Made by a program: the position numbers and the translations under genes. A stretch of DNA of 64,000 bases from Octopus vulgaris. Its lineage: Eukaryota. The notes beneath the pieces were generated by a model. It was not told where the DNA came from. It saw only the letters and a program-made list of their open reading frames with translations, and did not search any database. How positions within the stretch are numbered: position 1 is the first letter of the stretch; each line of letters opens with the position of its first letter. Shown one piece after another: positions 12,740-26,349 of the stretch. The stretch is from the NCBI GenBank assembly GCA_951406725.2, contig OX597819.1, forward strand, positions 23,498,001-23,562,000, read 5' to 3'.

Positions 12740-13985
12740 ATCTCCATCAATGATTTGACTGTTTCCCTTATATCTGACGTGAAATGTTACAGGTACTTAG
12801 GAGTGGATGAAAATATATCTTACAATGGCACCTGTAATAAAACACGTGTCTCTAAAGAATATTACAGCCGAATAATGAAAATTTGGACCGCAGAACTCTC
12901 TGTATTCAATAAAACAGTGGCCCTCAATGTGTTTGCAGTGTCAGTACTCATAACAACATTTGGGCCGCTTGATTGGACGCTTGATGAGATCCGAGCCATT
13001 GATGTGAAAACTCGAAAAATACTAATAAGCACATATAATTTCCATATAAACAGTGACGGAGACCGCCTCTACCTAAAACGAAAACGCGGCAGCAAAGGCT
13101 TAATATCGATCCAAAATGCGTTTGAATGTCGTATAATATCCTTTCGGCAACATCTTTTAACCATCAAGTGTCGAAGTGCATTCCTTGACCAAGTTTGCAT
13201 ACATGAGGCTGATAACATCATATGACTTGGAAGGCAGCTCCTTGAGCAACATTCTTTGTCTGATAACCTTACAATACATGCCCAAAGAAGTCACACGACT
13301 CTACCGCAACATATCATAAGATGAAAGGATGAGCCAATATGAGCAGAAGACAATGCATGGATATGTTAGTAGAAAGCTCTGTGATGATAGTAACATCATC
13401 AAAGCAGTTTATCACGGACGAATAGCCGGATTTCAATCTCCCACTTTCAAGGGTATGCGTTTGCAGCCCAGGAACAGAAAATATCAACCAAGAACCTGAT
13501 GCACAAAATGGGTAGAGATGCAAGAAAAGCAGTAAAATGTAACAACCGATGCAGACTTTGTGGTGTTAACACCGAAGATATCACCTACATCATAAGCAGT
13601 TGTCCGAAAATGTTATCACGGAATTATCTACTGATGAGACCTAATGTAGCTAGGTAGATAATACGCGATAACATTTCTATAAGTAGGGGCTGCCTACGCC
13701 AGGCCTGCGCCCGCCTTCGCCCGCAGCTCCGCCGCGCTACCGTGCCCGAAATCGAAAGAACGAACCTAAGCTCGCGGTATCGCCCACGAAATAAGAAATA
13801 AGAACCCACAGTATGGTAGAAGCCATAGCCACTCGTAATAAACATGAATACTGGTGGAAAGTACCAGTGAAGACCTCAATATAATGTAAGCACAACAGAC
13901 CTGATATAATGATTTAGGATAGAGAAGAGAAACTGTGCACAGTTGTGAAAATTAGCTGCCCAGCGGATGTTAACATAAAGCTTGA
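12740..13985 (+). pseudogene. R4/Dong-like RT C-terminus, CCHC finger and RLE fragment (decayed)
   Basis: YRYLGV...DRLYLKRKRGSKGL, then CRLCG..EDI..I.SSC and HNRPDI.I.DREEK motifs with stops and frameshifts. Confidence 0.85.
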
Positions 13986-14039
13986 GAAATTAGTCTTCTT
14001 CGACCACAGCGATGTCCAAAGAGAGCTAAGAATTCTCAT

Positions 14040-16405
14040 TTCATTTCTTCCGACCCTCGTACTACATACATTCGCCGCTAACGCTTAAATGTTTGAATCT
14101 ATTCACTAATCTGCTTGTTTTTTTCTTTCATGAGCTAACTGTTGATATTGTTCCCCACAAAATATAATCTTTTAATTTTTTTAACCGCCCCCGCCCCCGC
14201 TGTATGAAGTTAATCTGTTCGTTACTCTATGTTACTTTCTTCAAACCCCGATTGCTTAATTCTTCTCATTACTGTCCCCAATCACGCTTCGCCATTCGCG
14301 GTGTGCCCGCCCTGTCCCACCACCACCACCACCAATACCGGATAACACTCTGTTTACACCATCTACACCGGATATCCCTTCTCCCACCACCATTACGTGT
14401 GTCTATTCCTCCAATCCCTCCTCCTCAATATGCTATTTCACTATGTATTACCCCTGCCCCTCTCCCCTAAGACAGAAGCAGCTAGCACCGCAGCTCATCA
14501 ACCGTCCCACTTAACCAGTTATCTTACGTTTCCTCCTGTTTTGAAATCTATCACTGCCTCAACCGTCTATCTCCTTCCAGTCCCCTCCCTCACTCGTGAT
14601 ATCCTACGTTTTATATCCTATGTTTCATTCTGTCTAGAACCTGCCACCAACCCTACCTGTCATCGTTTCTCCTTACCCCACCCTCCCCACTGGTTCTCCC
14701 CCTCCCCCCACTTTCTCTCCCTCTCTCTATCTCTCTTCTTTCTGCTGGAACCCTTCCCCGCCGCAATGCAACCAAATTTTTTTCAGCTGGAACCCCCCCA
14801 ACCCAACACTAGAATATCCATTTTTCTGCTATGTTGCTTAAACTACGTTACTCAATGACCATAATGCTTGCTTAGAATGCCACTAACACCTAGAATTTCA
14901 GTATTTCTGCCACAGAGCTTACATCTACATCATCAATGACCTTAATGCTTATGCTTACAACGCTGCTAACACCAGCTCCTGCCTACGGCAGGGGCCACAA
15001 CCTTAACATGCCTAAATGCTTGAATGTTGTCAGGTCGGAAGAAGGATCAGATGAAAAATGCCTAAAAAACGATCACCACCACTACAACCCTCTACTTTTC
15101 AGGCGCTGAATTGCACCCTCCTCCCCACATCTCCTTCCCAGTTTTCAGAGTTGGCACTGTCAATGTTGGTACACTGAAAGGTAGGTCTAGTGAGATTGTA
15201 GAGATGCTTGAGAGAAGACGGGTTGATGTATGCTGCATACAAGAGGTAAGATGGAGAGGTGCTTCAGCTAGGGTCCTCACAGGCAAGGCACATAGGTATA
15301 AAGTCTTCTGGCAAGGTAACATGGATGGTGTAGGGGGTGTAGGCATTCTCCTTGCAGAGAAATGGGTGGATAAGGTTATAGAGGTTGTCAGGGTTTGCGA
15401 TAGAGTGCTTAAGCTCAGGTTAGTCCTACAGAGTGGCACAGCTACGATTATCTCCACCTATGCCCCACATGCGGGGCTACCAAATGATCAGAAGGACCAC
15501 TTTTATGATACCCTTCTACAGGCTACCTCAAAGACTAGTGGCAAGGAACTCATCTTTGTGGGTGGAGACTTTAATGGGCATGTTGGGCGGGAATCGGGTA
15601 TCTTCGCTGGGGTACACGGTGGCCATGGTATTGGCACCAGAAATGATGAGGGAACTAGACTACTGGAATTCTGAGATGCATGTAACCTTTTAATCTGCAA
15701 CACTAACTTCATGAAGCCTGACTGCCACCTTATAACCTATCAGTCAGGAGACTCCGCTAGCCAAATAGACTTCATCCTCACCAGACAGCTGGATGAAGGT
15801 CGCTCTTAAATACAAAGACCCTTCCGGGTGAAGAATGTATCCCTCAGCATAGGCTAATCATTAGTGACTTTAAGCTTGAGGCCAGAAGGACTCCAAGAAA
15901 CAAACCAATCCAGAAAAGAAGGATTTGGAAGCTAAAGAAACCTTCACATGGTCAGAGATTTAGAGACATCCTCATCAAGAAATTTGATGAGAGGGAGGAG
16001 GAGCTTCAGACGTCGGACATAGAAGGTAGCTGGGAATTCCTATGGTGCAAAGTCCCTTCCAGACCTAGAGTTACGTGGTGGTGGAATAGTGCAGTAGACA
16101 AAGCCATTAGTGCAAAGAAACAGGCCTGAAAAGCCTGGAAGGATGGGGGTAGCAGGGAACTGTACCAGGTAGCCAAAAGGGAGGCTGGGCGGCAAGTATA
16201 CATAGCCAAAGATGTAGCAGAAAAGAAGAAGTTTGCCAATGTCCAGCGACGTGAGGACCAAAAAGCTGAGGTATTTCGGATTGCCAGACAGTGTGTGAGA
16301 GAAAATAGTGATGTTACAGGAGAGAAATGTGTCCGCATGGATGATGGGGCACTTGCTTTTAATGTTGGTGAAAAGAAAGAGGCTTGGAGAAGCCATTATG
16401 AAAGT
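14040..16405 (+). pseudogene. RTE-type LINE 5' part (UTR, APE endonuclease, linker), 3'-truncated
   Basis: ORF 15111-15674 reads VGTVNVGTL...CIQEVRW...YAPH...GDFNGHVG; homologous to 46200-47450 on minus. Confidence 0.9.
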
Positions 16406-16784
16406 CATTTGGACGCAAACAAAAGCCTAGCAAGTCTTTCTAGTTTTTCTCTAAAACAAATTTCCGACTTCAGGGTACTTTTACCAATACTAGTTATTGG
16501 TGATTATACCATCTGATATTGGCTATTTGCATCTTTTTTTCCCAATTCATAAAACAGGCCTCTTTAAGAATAGAAGCATTTATTACCATCCTATTGCAAG
16601 TGTATTTACTAACTGTTTTATTTTTTTTTTAATTCTGTTATTTAGGAATTTTAGATTTACCATCGAATGTATATACTTTTCTTTCTAATTCTTTCCACTA
16701 TAAATGTAAAGTATCCCAGCTGTTTCGCAATAATATTTCTATATACATTGTTGCTAACTATGATGTAAATTTTTATCTGAGCAT

Positions 16785-16958
16785 AGGCGTAGGAGTGACT
16801 GTGGTAAGTAGCTTGCTTATGAGCCACATGGTTCCGAGTTCAGTCCCACTGCGTGGCGCCTTGGGCAAGTGTCTTCTACTATAATCTCGGGCCGACTAAA
16901 GCCTTGTGAGTGGATTTGGTAGACGGAAACTGAAAGAGACCCGTCGTATATATATATG

Positions 16959-16997
<39 letters not shown>

Positions 16998-17205
16998 ATA
17001 CGTTTGTGTGTCTGTGTTTATCTCCCCAACATCACTTGACAACCGATGCTGGTGTGTTTACGTCCCCGTAACTAAGCGGTTCGGCAAAAGAGACCGATAG
17101 AATAAGTACTAGGCTTACAAAGAATAAGTCCTGGGGTCGATTCGCTCGACTAAGGCGGTGCTGCAGCATGGCCACAGTCAAATGACTGAAACAAGTAAAT
17201 GAGTA
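16785..17205 (+). mobile_element. SINE family A
   Basis: Full-length match to the family. Confidence 0.92.
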
Positions 17206-17359
17206 GAGCATAATTGAATTGAATCATTTTCTTTTGCTGTTGCATCTTTTTGAAGTTGATTGTCGAATTCTTCTATCAGAGCCTAATTGAGGGCTGTTTT
17301 TCTTTTTTCCTGTTTCATACAATTTCAGTTTTTATAATTATGATTTTCTTTTTCTTAAC

Positions 17360-18835
17360 TCAAATACCAAAGCCAGAAACAAGTCAGAAGGCAAAAGCTC
17401 TTGAATTTCCAGAAAAATTCTCAAAAGAATTTGCATCGACTCACAGTAGCCAGTTATTCTGTAGACTGTGCTTCGTTGACGTCAAATTCAATAAAAGATC
17501 TTTTGTTGAGTCGCATAGAATGAGCAAAAAACATCAAAGTATCTTTAAAAAACTATTAAAATTGAACAGCCACCTATCAAATCGTTTGAATTTAGCAAAA
17601 ACGATAAATCTTGGGATTCACAAGCTCATTAATCCAAGCTTGAGAAATCTCTTTGATTCTATCAATAAGCTAATGCCGTTTCAATCTACGTGTCAAAGAA
17701 TATGTTGATATGCTGAAGTGAAAACATGGCTGAAAATTGCAAGAGCTGTCTGACTGATCAAAATGTATTTTTAATTGTTGATGAAAGTGAGATTGATAAC
17801 ATGAAATTGTTAATGAATTTATTGGTTCAGTTAAAAATCCTCCAACAACGCTCTTGATAGAACTTTTGCCCCTCGAATCAGTTCTAACTGCTGCAATCAC
17901 CGCTCAGATCACCGATGATCTGCTTAGAAGTACAGCAGTTCAAAGAGGAAATTTTCTTCGGCGCAGGAATGGCTGTGTAGTAAGTAGCTTGCTTACCAAC
18001 CACATGCTTCTGGGTTCAATTGCACTGCGTGGCACCTTGGGCAAGTGTCTTCTACTATAGCCTCGGGCCGACCAAAGCCTTGCGAGTGGATTTGGTAGAC
18101 GGAAACTGAAAGAAGCCCGTCGTATATATGTATGTATATAGATGTGTGTGTGTTTGTGTCTGTGTTTGTCCCCACAAACATCGCTTGACAACCGATGCTA
18201 GTATGTTTACGTCCCCGTAACTTAGCGGTTCGGCAAAAGACCGATAGAATAAGTACTAGTCTTACAAAAAATATGTCCTGGGGTCGATTTGCTTGACTAA
18301 AGGCGGTGCTCCACACGGTTGCAGTCAAATGACAGAAACAAGCAAAAGAGTAAGAGAGAGAGAGAGAGAGTACTATTGCCTGATGCGTATATGGTAGCTG
18401 CAGGAGAAACGTTGCAAATTATGTACTCTAAGCTCTTCCATCTAACCTGCTTCTCCCACCTACTGTGTAATTATGCTCTAAGAATATACACTTTCTTTCC
18501 TACAACCGACTGTCTGACAGGCACCATCAAGGTTGTTACTGTAAAAGTCACAGTCAAGCGCAATTCAAAACAATTGTGACCAGATGGGGTAGTTGGTTAG
18601 ATGCCTGAAATTACTAAGTTGTAGGAGCTTTGAGGACAAATACATTTTGGTGCAGAGATCACAAGAAGTACGAAATGCTGAGATCAGAGCTGACCTCACC
18701 CAAATCTGCTCAAACTATCTGCCGTTGAAAGAGTTGAGTTTGAACGCTGAACCAATAGCCTTCTCCATCTACAAAGCTTACAAAAGCCACAAAGAATTGA
18801 AATTTTATGTTGCATCGTGAATTACATTGATTTTA
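17360..18835 (+). pseudogene. hAT-superfamily (CGGBP1-like) transposase relic, split by a SINE
   Basis: BED-like finger LFCRLC...SHRMSKKH, FLIVDESE (~17768), DAYMVAA...HLTCFSHLL and VTRWGSWLDA (~18576) occur in the expected order with stops and frameshifts. Confidence 0.85.
17961..18368 (+). mobile_element. SINE family A inserted in the hAT relic
   Basis: Full-length match to the family. Confidence 0.92.
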
Positions 18836-19066
18836 GATTCAATAAAAACGAAATCAAATCAATAATTCAATAATGGGCCCCCAAAGTTTCACTCGTAGAA
18901 TATGTAGATCTGAGACCATGTAGAATGCAGTTTGAGGATACTGGAAAAAAGTCCTTGCGAAAACACAGGAATATTTTGCCTGCAAATATAAAGCATTATA
19001 ACATATCGAACTATGATAAATTTCCACATTTTTAATTGTTTTCATAATACTCATATATCATAAAGG

Positions 19067-19442
19067 GTGGAGGCGCAATGGCCCAGTGGTTAGGGCAGCG
19101 GACTCGCGGTTGTAGGATCGCGGTTTCGATTCCCAGACCGGGCATTGTGAGTGTTTATTGAGCGAAAATACCTAAAGCTCAACGAAGCTCCGGCAGTAGG
19201 GGGTGAACCCTGCTGTACTCTTTCACCACAACCTGTTCTCACTCTTTCTTCCTGTTTCTGTTGTACCTGTATTTCAAAGGGCCAGCCTTGTCACACTCTT
19301 CATCACGCTGAATCTCCCGAGAACTACGTTAAGGGTACACGGGTCTGTGGAGTGCTCAGCCACTTGCACGTTAATTTCACGAGCAGGCTGTTCCGTTGAA
19401 TGGATCAACTGGAACCGTCGTCGTCGTAAGCGACGGAGTGTC
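19067..19442 (+). mobile_element. SINE family B
   Basis: Matches 7163-7546; imperfect TSD CATAT(A/T)TCATAAAG. Confidence 0.92.
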
Positions 19443-19603
19443 ACATATTTCATAAAGTAATCAAAACTAAAGCGAACTTCCTACTGTTTATGGGTTTATT
19501 AGTAATAATAAGGTCAAAAGGAAGTTAAAATTTGCCAATGAAGCTAAAACAAAATTGGTTAAAAAAGAATAAAATATAACATACATACATACATACATAC
19601 ATA

Positions 19604-20462
19604 CCTGTAATTATTGGGGCCCTGGGTTATGTAACTCACTGCCTATATACCAATCTTGAGAAATTAGGCTTCTCCAAAAAGGAGAAAGCATTATTCGAAG
19701 ACTACAGATCCAATTCATCACTGGAACTGTAAAAATCTGTAAAACTTTCCAGAAGTTTATCATTTAAATATATATGAGCATGTCTAGATATGTGTGGAGG
19801 CGCGTGGTTTAGTGGTTAGGGTGTCAGCACCATGATTGTAAGATTGTGGTTTCGATTCCTGGACCGAGCGACGCGTTGTGTTCTTGAGCAAAACACTTCA
19901 TTTCACGTTGCTCCAGTCCACTCAGCTAGCAAAAATGAGTAACGCTGCGATGGACTGGCGTCCCGTCCAGCTGGAGAACACATACGCTTTAGAAACCGGG
20001 AAACCGGGCCCATGAGCCTGGATAGGCTTTAAAAGGGCGCAAAAAATGTCTAGATATGTAACTCTATGCATGAGAATAGATACATAAAACGCACAAATCT
20101 ACACACACACACACACACACATACATACATACATAAATACACACATACATACATACATACATACATACATACATACATACATACATACATACATACATAC
20201 ATACATACATACATACATACATACATACATACATACATACATACATACATACATACATACATACATACATACATACATACATACATACATACATACATAC
20301 ATACATACATACATACATACATACATACATACATACAAACAAACAAACAAACAAACAAAAATACCCTGTTGTTGATGTTGAAATTCCAATGAAGGAACCT
20401 TGTTTCTAAGTTAGAAACCGACTCTTTTTCTATTGGGAAGAAATCTTGAAATAAACTGAATA
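19604..20462 (+). mobile_element. R4/Dong-like 3' end and UTR in (TACA)n, interrupted by a SINE
   Basis: PVIIGALGYV...TGTVKICKTFQKFII* directly after (TACA)n; long (TACA)n at 20120-20336. Confidence 0.7.
19795..20045 (+). mobile_element. CORE-like tRNA SINE family C
   Basis: tRNA head plus GTTCTTGAGCAAAACACTTCATTTCACGTTGCTCCAGTCCACTCAGC; TSD ATGTCTAGATATGT. Confidence 0.9.
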
Positions 20463-20485
20463 ATGACATACATACATACATACAT

Positions 20486-21040
20486 GGTGGCTGCCCCCTC
20501 GTTATCGAGTATGCCCATTGCACGAAGCTTAATCAATGTTGTTATCGTGCAATGCCTGTGCAAGAAGATTTTTTTTAAAGTGAGGAAAGACTGTGCACAG
20601 AGTCAATCCCAATCACTAAGCAACAGCAGCCATAATCCGAAAAGAAGAAGTCAACATCATCGGTAACCACTGAGCTGCAGATTTTATATTGGAGTTATCC
20701 CAGTTACCTGAGTTACCTTCTCCTAGAAGGATGCCCTAACAAAGGCTAGAAGTCCTTCACTCCCAATGGTTTAACTGCGCGATCGGGTATTCAGTCCGAT
20801 TATTTCTATGTCCCCGCGCATGATCCAGCCTTAAGACATTTATTGGATGGCCGTTGACTCTCAAGAGTTCCTCCGCCCTTTGACGGGTTTTGTTTTTCAT
20901 CCCGCAGGGTGTCCAATAAACACCCTCCTCACCAAGCAAGCTTGGTGGGGTTGCCGGTTTAGTCGCCGACGACCCGACCATGCAACAGGTTGTACTGGGT
21001 TACATGTTACCAGTAGCACTCAAAAGTGATCTGACACTAA
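20486..21040 (-). mobile_element. Non-autonomous LINE-derived element (RTE-like ends) in (TACA)n
   Basis: GC-richer block bounded by (TACA)n; its minus-strand 3' end loosely resembles the RTE tail at 49288-49320. Confidence 0.5.
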
Positions 21041-21665
21041 CATACATACATACATACATACATACATACATACATACATACATACATACATACATACACA
21101 CATACATACATGCATGCACACCTTCACGCAAAATCCTTCTTAATGTTTCAAAGTATATCATATATTAAATCAATGTCGAACGAATATATAAGAGCTAATA
21201 TTGATATGCACTTCATGATAGCATGCTATTATAAAACTACATTAATACCTCGATAATTTTACTGAGTTTTGATTTCTGTCTTGGTTTGAGTTCAACAGCG
21301 TTTAAGTATTTTTATAGATCATTTATAGTCACTTACCGATGTTTGGGTGTGAATGATGAATCCTTCTTTTTCTGGTTTTTCTGGGTTTTTTCGTGGTAAG
21401 GTGTTCTATGGTAATACTAAAGTTTTTGTGAATGTACATATGAAAAAACCACAATTTCTCATCTTGCTCCCACTCAAACCCACTTCGTTTTCTCTCATCT
21501 CAACTCAAGATCGCATATACTCGCCTCTGGAAATAGAAGTTCCGTACTCTATCAAGAATGTCGGATATTTCCAGAAACTCAAGGACCCAGATATGGAAAA
21601 TTATGCCATATGTTTCCTTAGTTGTTGGTCCCACTTTTGTTAGGTTTCTCTTCTGTTTTTTCCCC

Positions 21666-21697
<32 letters not shown>

Positions 21698-21909
21698 TGC
21701 ACCTCAATACCGCTTGACAAACTGGTGTTGGTGTGTTTACGTCCTCGTGACTTCGCGGCTTGGAAAAAGAGACCGATAGAATAAGTATTAAGCTTTACAG
21801 AAAATAATAAATACTGGTGTTGATTTGTCCGACTAAGATTCTTTAAGGCGGTGCCCCAGCATGGCCGGTGTCTAATGACAAGTAAAAGGTAAAAGATAAG
21901 TCTGTCAAT

Positions 21910-22190
21910 GACCCCCAGGACTCAACAGGCTAGAGCTGAACCCGATCTCCATACCATAAAAGTGAGTGAGACTGCAATATCCCCCACCGTTGAACGAGAA
22001 ACCGGTCCTTGGCAGGGTTAATGCCCCAACTCTTGCTGGGTCCCATTTGTGGCTGAGTGAACCGGAGCAACGCGAGATGAAGTGTTTTTGCTTAAGGAAA
22101 AAACGAATCGCCCGGTGGTGGAATCGAAACTACAATCTTCAAATCATGAGTGCAACACCCCTAACCACTCGGCTACGCATGCGCCTTCAC
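21910..22190 (-). mobile_element. Older CORE-like SINE
   Basis: Family C-like head and core on minus with a diverged tail. Confidence 0.7.
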
Positions 22191-22219
22191 TAATTTAGCC
22201 TTTCTATAATAGGAACAAG

Positions 22220-22480
22220 GTGGAGGCGCGTGGCTTAGTGGTTAGGGTGTCGGCATCATGATCGTAAGATTGTGGTTTCGATTCCTGGAACGGGTGACGC
22301 GTTGTGCCCTTGAGCAAAACACTTCATTTCACGTTGCTCCAGTCCACTCAGCTGGCAAAAATGAGTAACGCTGCGATGGACTGGCGTCCTGTCCAGCTGG
22401 GGAACACATACGCCATAGAAACCGGGAAACCGGGCCCATGAGCCTGACTAGGCTTTAAAAGGGCGCATTTATTTATTTTA
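22220..22480 (+). mobile_element. SINE family C
   Basis: Near-identical to 19795-20045; TSD TAGGAACAAGG. Confidence 0.92.
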
Positions 22481-22662
22481 TATTAGGAACAAGGCCTGAA
22501 ATTTTGTGGGAGGTGATTACATCAATTCCCACCCCCGTGCTTTATTGGTACTTATCGACCCCGAAAGTATGAAAGGCCATCAGAAATTAATAAAAGGATT
22601 TATAATTTTGTGTAATAGCATAAAAAAGAAAAACAAGGCTTTCACCGCAACATCGATAAAGA

Positions 22663-22709
<47 letters not shown>

Positions 22710-22723
22710 CCACATTGTATTAA

Positions 22724-22955
22724 GGCGGTGAGCTGGCAGAAACGTTAGCACGCCGGGCGAAATGCGTAGCCGTATTTCGTCCGCCGTTACGTTGTGAGTT
22801 CAAATTCCGCCGAGGTCGACTTTGCCTTTCATCCTTTCGGGGTCGATAAATAAAGTACCAGTTACGCACTGAGGTCGATGTAATCCACTTAATCCCTTTG
22901 TCTGTCCTTGTTTGTCCCCTCTATGTTTAGCCCCTTGTGGGTAGTAAAGAAATAT
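22724..22955 (+). mobile_element. SINE family D, full length
   Basis: GGCGGTGAGCTGGCAGAA...GAGTTCAAATTCC (B-box-like)...GCCCCTTGTGGGTAGTAAAGAAATA. Confidence 0.9.
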
Positions 22956-24157
22956 ATATGTAGAGATAAATGCATTATGGAAAACAGCAGCTCCTATAAC
23001 TAACAGAAAGCACGCAATGCATTCGTGGTGTCTTGTGAAGTTAAGCGCGGATACTAAAGCAGGAATATTGGTAGAGTCCCATTCACCAACTGAACCCGAA
23101 CCACTGTGTTCAGGTAGAAAGCGAAGGGGTGCCTCATGTCCAGCGTGCTGGAAGGCTATTGGGAATGAGGCACCCCTTCGCTTTTGAAAAAGCATATCAC
23201 TAGAACCTGCTGCAAACCGCAGCTACGTCTGCTCCGATAATCGGTGGTGACTTGGTCAGCGAACCCTCTGCGACGTTCGTCAATCGATTGCAAAGTGAGC
23301 TGCTACGGATCTCTATAACACATAGTACAGGGGAGATTAATCTTTGTACAGTTTCTTTTTCTTTGTTATCTCCCTTTGATTATTCAACATGATGCATTTC
23401 ACAAATATTCGTGAGAAAATATTTGTGACATACTACACCGAAACGGATTTTATTTCTTTAAATATATTTCGATCGAATGCTTATCTAAAATCTCAATATA
23501 TTTAAATAAATTCTTGTTCAATTCCCTTTAATTTGTCTGAATTTATTACTGTAACATAGTATTATTTACTTAATTACTTTTCAAACTTTATATCTAGTTA
23601 CATTTTTGTTCTTATAAAATAAAATAAAACGTGTTGTTAATAGTATCCTATTTCTAACAAATAGATTGTTTTTTTAAATTCCAGCAGTTTTCGAGTTATA
23701 GTTTTAATATATTCTGATAGTTTAAAAGATGGCCGTCTTCCCTATAATCATATCAACTGCGTAAAGTATAAATAAGGGAATTTAGCCATCTCCCATTTTA
23801 GGCAGGTAAATGAAAATAAAGAACAATCAAGTTCTAATAGATTATTACAACGGTTAATTAGCATAGTGATTAGAATAGACTGAAGTGTGGTATGTGTTGC
23901 GATTTTCTGCGTTTTGAGGTCAAATCCTGCCGAGGTCATTCTTGCTTTTACCAAATCCGGGGACGACAAAAAGGTTCCCTTCTTGGGCAGGGATTGTTGG
24001 AATTGTTATAGCGTCGGGCGATACACTTGGCAGCATCTGTTTCCGTTTTGTACATTCTGAGTTCAAATTCCGCCCGTCAGCGATAAACGTTGACACTTCT
24101 TTCACTTCTCTGACCAACAAAGAATATTTGAAAAAGAAAAAAAACCCTTGAAAATAG

Positions 24158-24675
24158 AATCTCTTTGGTTCGGTCGGTAGATCGACCGACGCCACCAACA
24201 CCAATAGACTTTATATTTACATATGACATGGTAAACCAATTAAACGCCAGGATCCTTTGTTTATTCTTAGTATTTAACTTTTCTTCAGTTCAAGAGAACC
24301 AATAAAGACCAACCAACGGTCGTCAAAATTTGGTGAATCCCCAAATTGTTTTCTTTCTTTTCTGTCTTTCTTTTTTTAATATTTTTAATTATTAAATTGT
24401 GCAACGAAGAGAACGACGCCCAAAGCTTTCGGTGACTTTCCCAGGGTGATGAGGTGGCTGTAATTTATGCGTAAATTGATTTTCTGTTGGCTGGGAAATC
24501 TTGGACATGGAGATGGCTTTCCGGAAAGATGCAGTTTAGAGATGACAATATTCGTTTTGAAACGCATTAAAGATGATGAGATGAGATGAAGATGCAAATA
24601 ATTCAAAGTGTGATTCGAAGAAGACGAGACATGGTTGGTTAGTTTAGGGGAGCATGAAATGTCGGTGTCGTTAAC
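24158..24675 (+). repeat. Unclassified dispersed repeat, inverted copy of 63490-63999
   Basis: More than 500 bp of near-identical reverse-complement match by eye. Confidence 0.9.
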
Positions 24676-25574
24676 AATAAAGAAGGGCGTGCGAAATTAA
24701 GGAGCTGAGACAGGTCGTCAGGCTGACAGACAGGCAGGCAAGACTTAGCACATCGGTGAATTAGTATTTTTCGGTGTGTTGTTAAGGGGAAACTTTCAAA
24801 ACAAACTTCTACAAAAACACTACCCAGCTATGAATACTGTTACAAATAGCTTGGTAGTTATTAGTCTTAGAACTTTTTAATAGTAACAACGATTATTTGT
24901 AATCCGTTAAATAAAGAGGAGAAAATCAGTGAATCTAATAAGTTAAGATGTAAAATGAATCTCTGTAATTTTATTTTCCTATAATAAGCTAGCGCAGATG
25001 CGAGTAATGGAGATTGTAGCCTCTTCTTAGGTTTTGATCTTGTGAAATTTATGTCAGTAATAATGGAATTGATACAGTTTATATTAGGAATTTTTTCTGT
25101 TAGGCTGCACTTATGGAAATTTTAAAATTTGGTGATGAAGGATCTAGTTTTTTTTTCATTCACAAAATATGCAATTTTTAAAAGGAAGTAAAAAAAACCC
25201 TGAAAATCGGTTGTAATAATGTAGGCTTTCAGTCTTGTTGCTATGAACGTATGATGTTGGGGAGAAAAATAAAATGAAGGGAAAAGTTACAGATGTTAAA
25301 AATTGGAAAAACTGTGTATTTTTAGCCAATAGCGAGACAGAAATTTTCTCCGTTTAGCGGAGCGGTATCAACTTTAAGGTTGTACCCTATGAAATTTATA
25401 GCTTAGCGTCTATGACATAACCTGTTCATTGTAGGTTTCTAAACAAACAGAAATACCTAATGAAATCAACATGTATCATTTTACTGTTTCTTTTGTCTTT
25501 TCATTGATTGTATGTTCACTTGATAACAACGACACGATTCTTTCTTTTTTTTTTTTTTTGCTTCTATTATTATG

Positions 25575-25614
<40 letters not shown>

Positions 25615-25615
<1 letters not shown>

Positions 25616-25755
25616 CGGAAAATACCTTAGGAATGAGAACCCAGGTTCAAAATTTCCCCAAGACACCTGAAGAAGGCTGGAGGGTATATCAGCCCAAATG
25701 TTGTGTTAACAACAAACAAGATGAGGACAAATATCCGTCAAATGTAAATAATGTC
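25615..25755 (+). mobile_element. Short Penelope-like terminal repeat with decayed hammerhead
   Basis: gacac-CTGAAGA-a-ggctg...cagcc-cAAA-tg-TT-gtgtt at 25662-25707, next to (TTA)n. Confidence 0.6.
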
Positions 25756-25809
25756 ACTTATAACTCCATGGAAACCGGTTGATACGCCCCATAAGTTTTA
25801 GGACTTGAG

Positions 25810-26000
25810 ACAACGTTTTTCTCAGTTCTGCTGATTGCAGGTCTCCCAGAACGTTCTTCAATATCGACATTTTTACTTGGAAATGTCTGAACCACTCGTA
25901 TACTTTTGTGCAGCTCATACACTCCTTTCCATACCCTTATTGCAACTTTGCATCGGCCTCTGAGCAGGTATCACTATGACAACTTTCTCTGTCATGGTCA
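25810..26000 (-). pseudogene. Mariner transposase N-terminal HTH fragment
   Basis: Minus-strand translation AKLQ*GYGKECMSCTKVYEWFRHF...EERSGRPAISRTE. Confidence 0.75.
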
Positions 26001-26349
26001 ATGCGACGATCACACGCTACACACCTTCCTTCCAAGCACTTCTGTAAACAGTGGAAGTGAACTAGCACGTTAAAACTTAGTGCGCATGCACAGCAGAGTT
26101 CAAGGTCAATCTTTGCTAAGCAGCTTTACTCTGCGTGCTTTAGCTTTGTTACTATGGCAACAGTCCGGATACTTATTGATCAGACCTCGTATGTAAGGGT
26201 TTGTAGTTTATGGGTATTTGATGTGTGAAAGATGCGATGAGACATCCCTAAAATAATGGTTTCTGCTGCCTGAAGTCGAGGTTAAGATGCATTTACTTCT
26301 AAGAACAATCAGCGTAAAACGAGGGGAGACTCTGACAAGTTGCCTGATT

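Noticed and set aside
20945-21035. HDV-like ribozyme at the element 5' end (minus)
   Set aside because: Partial P1, P4 and CUAA can be drawn, but P3/L3 geometry is not canonical.
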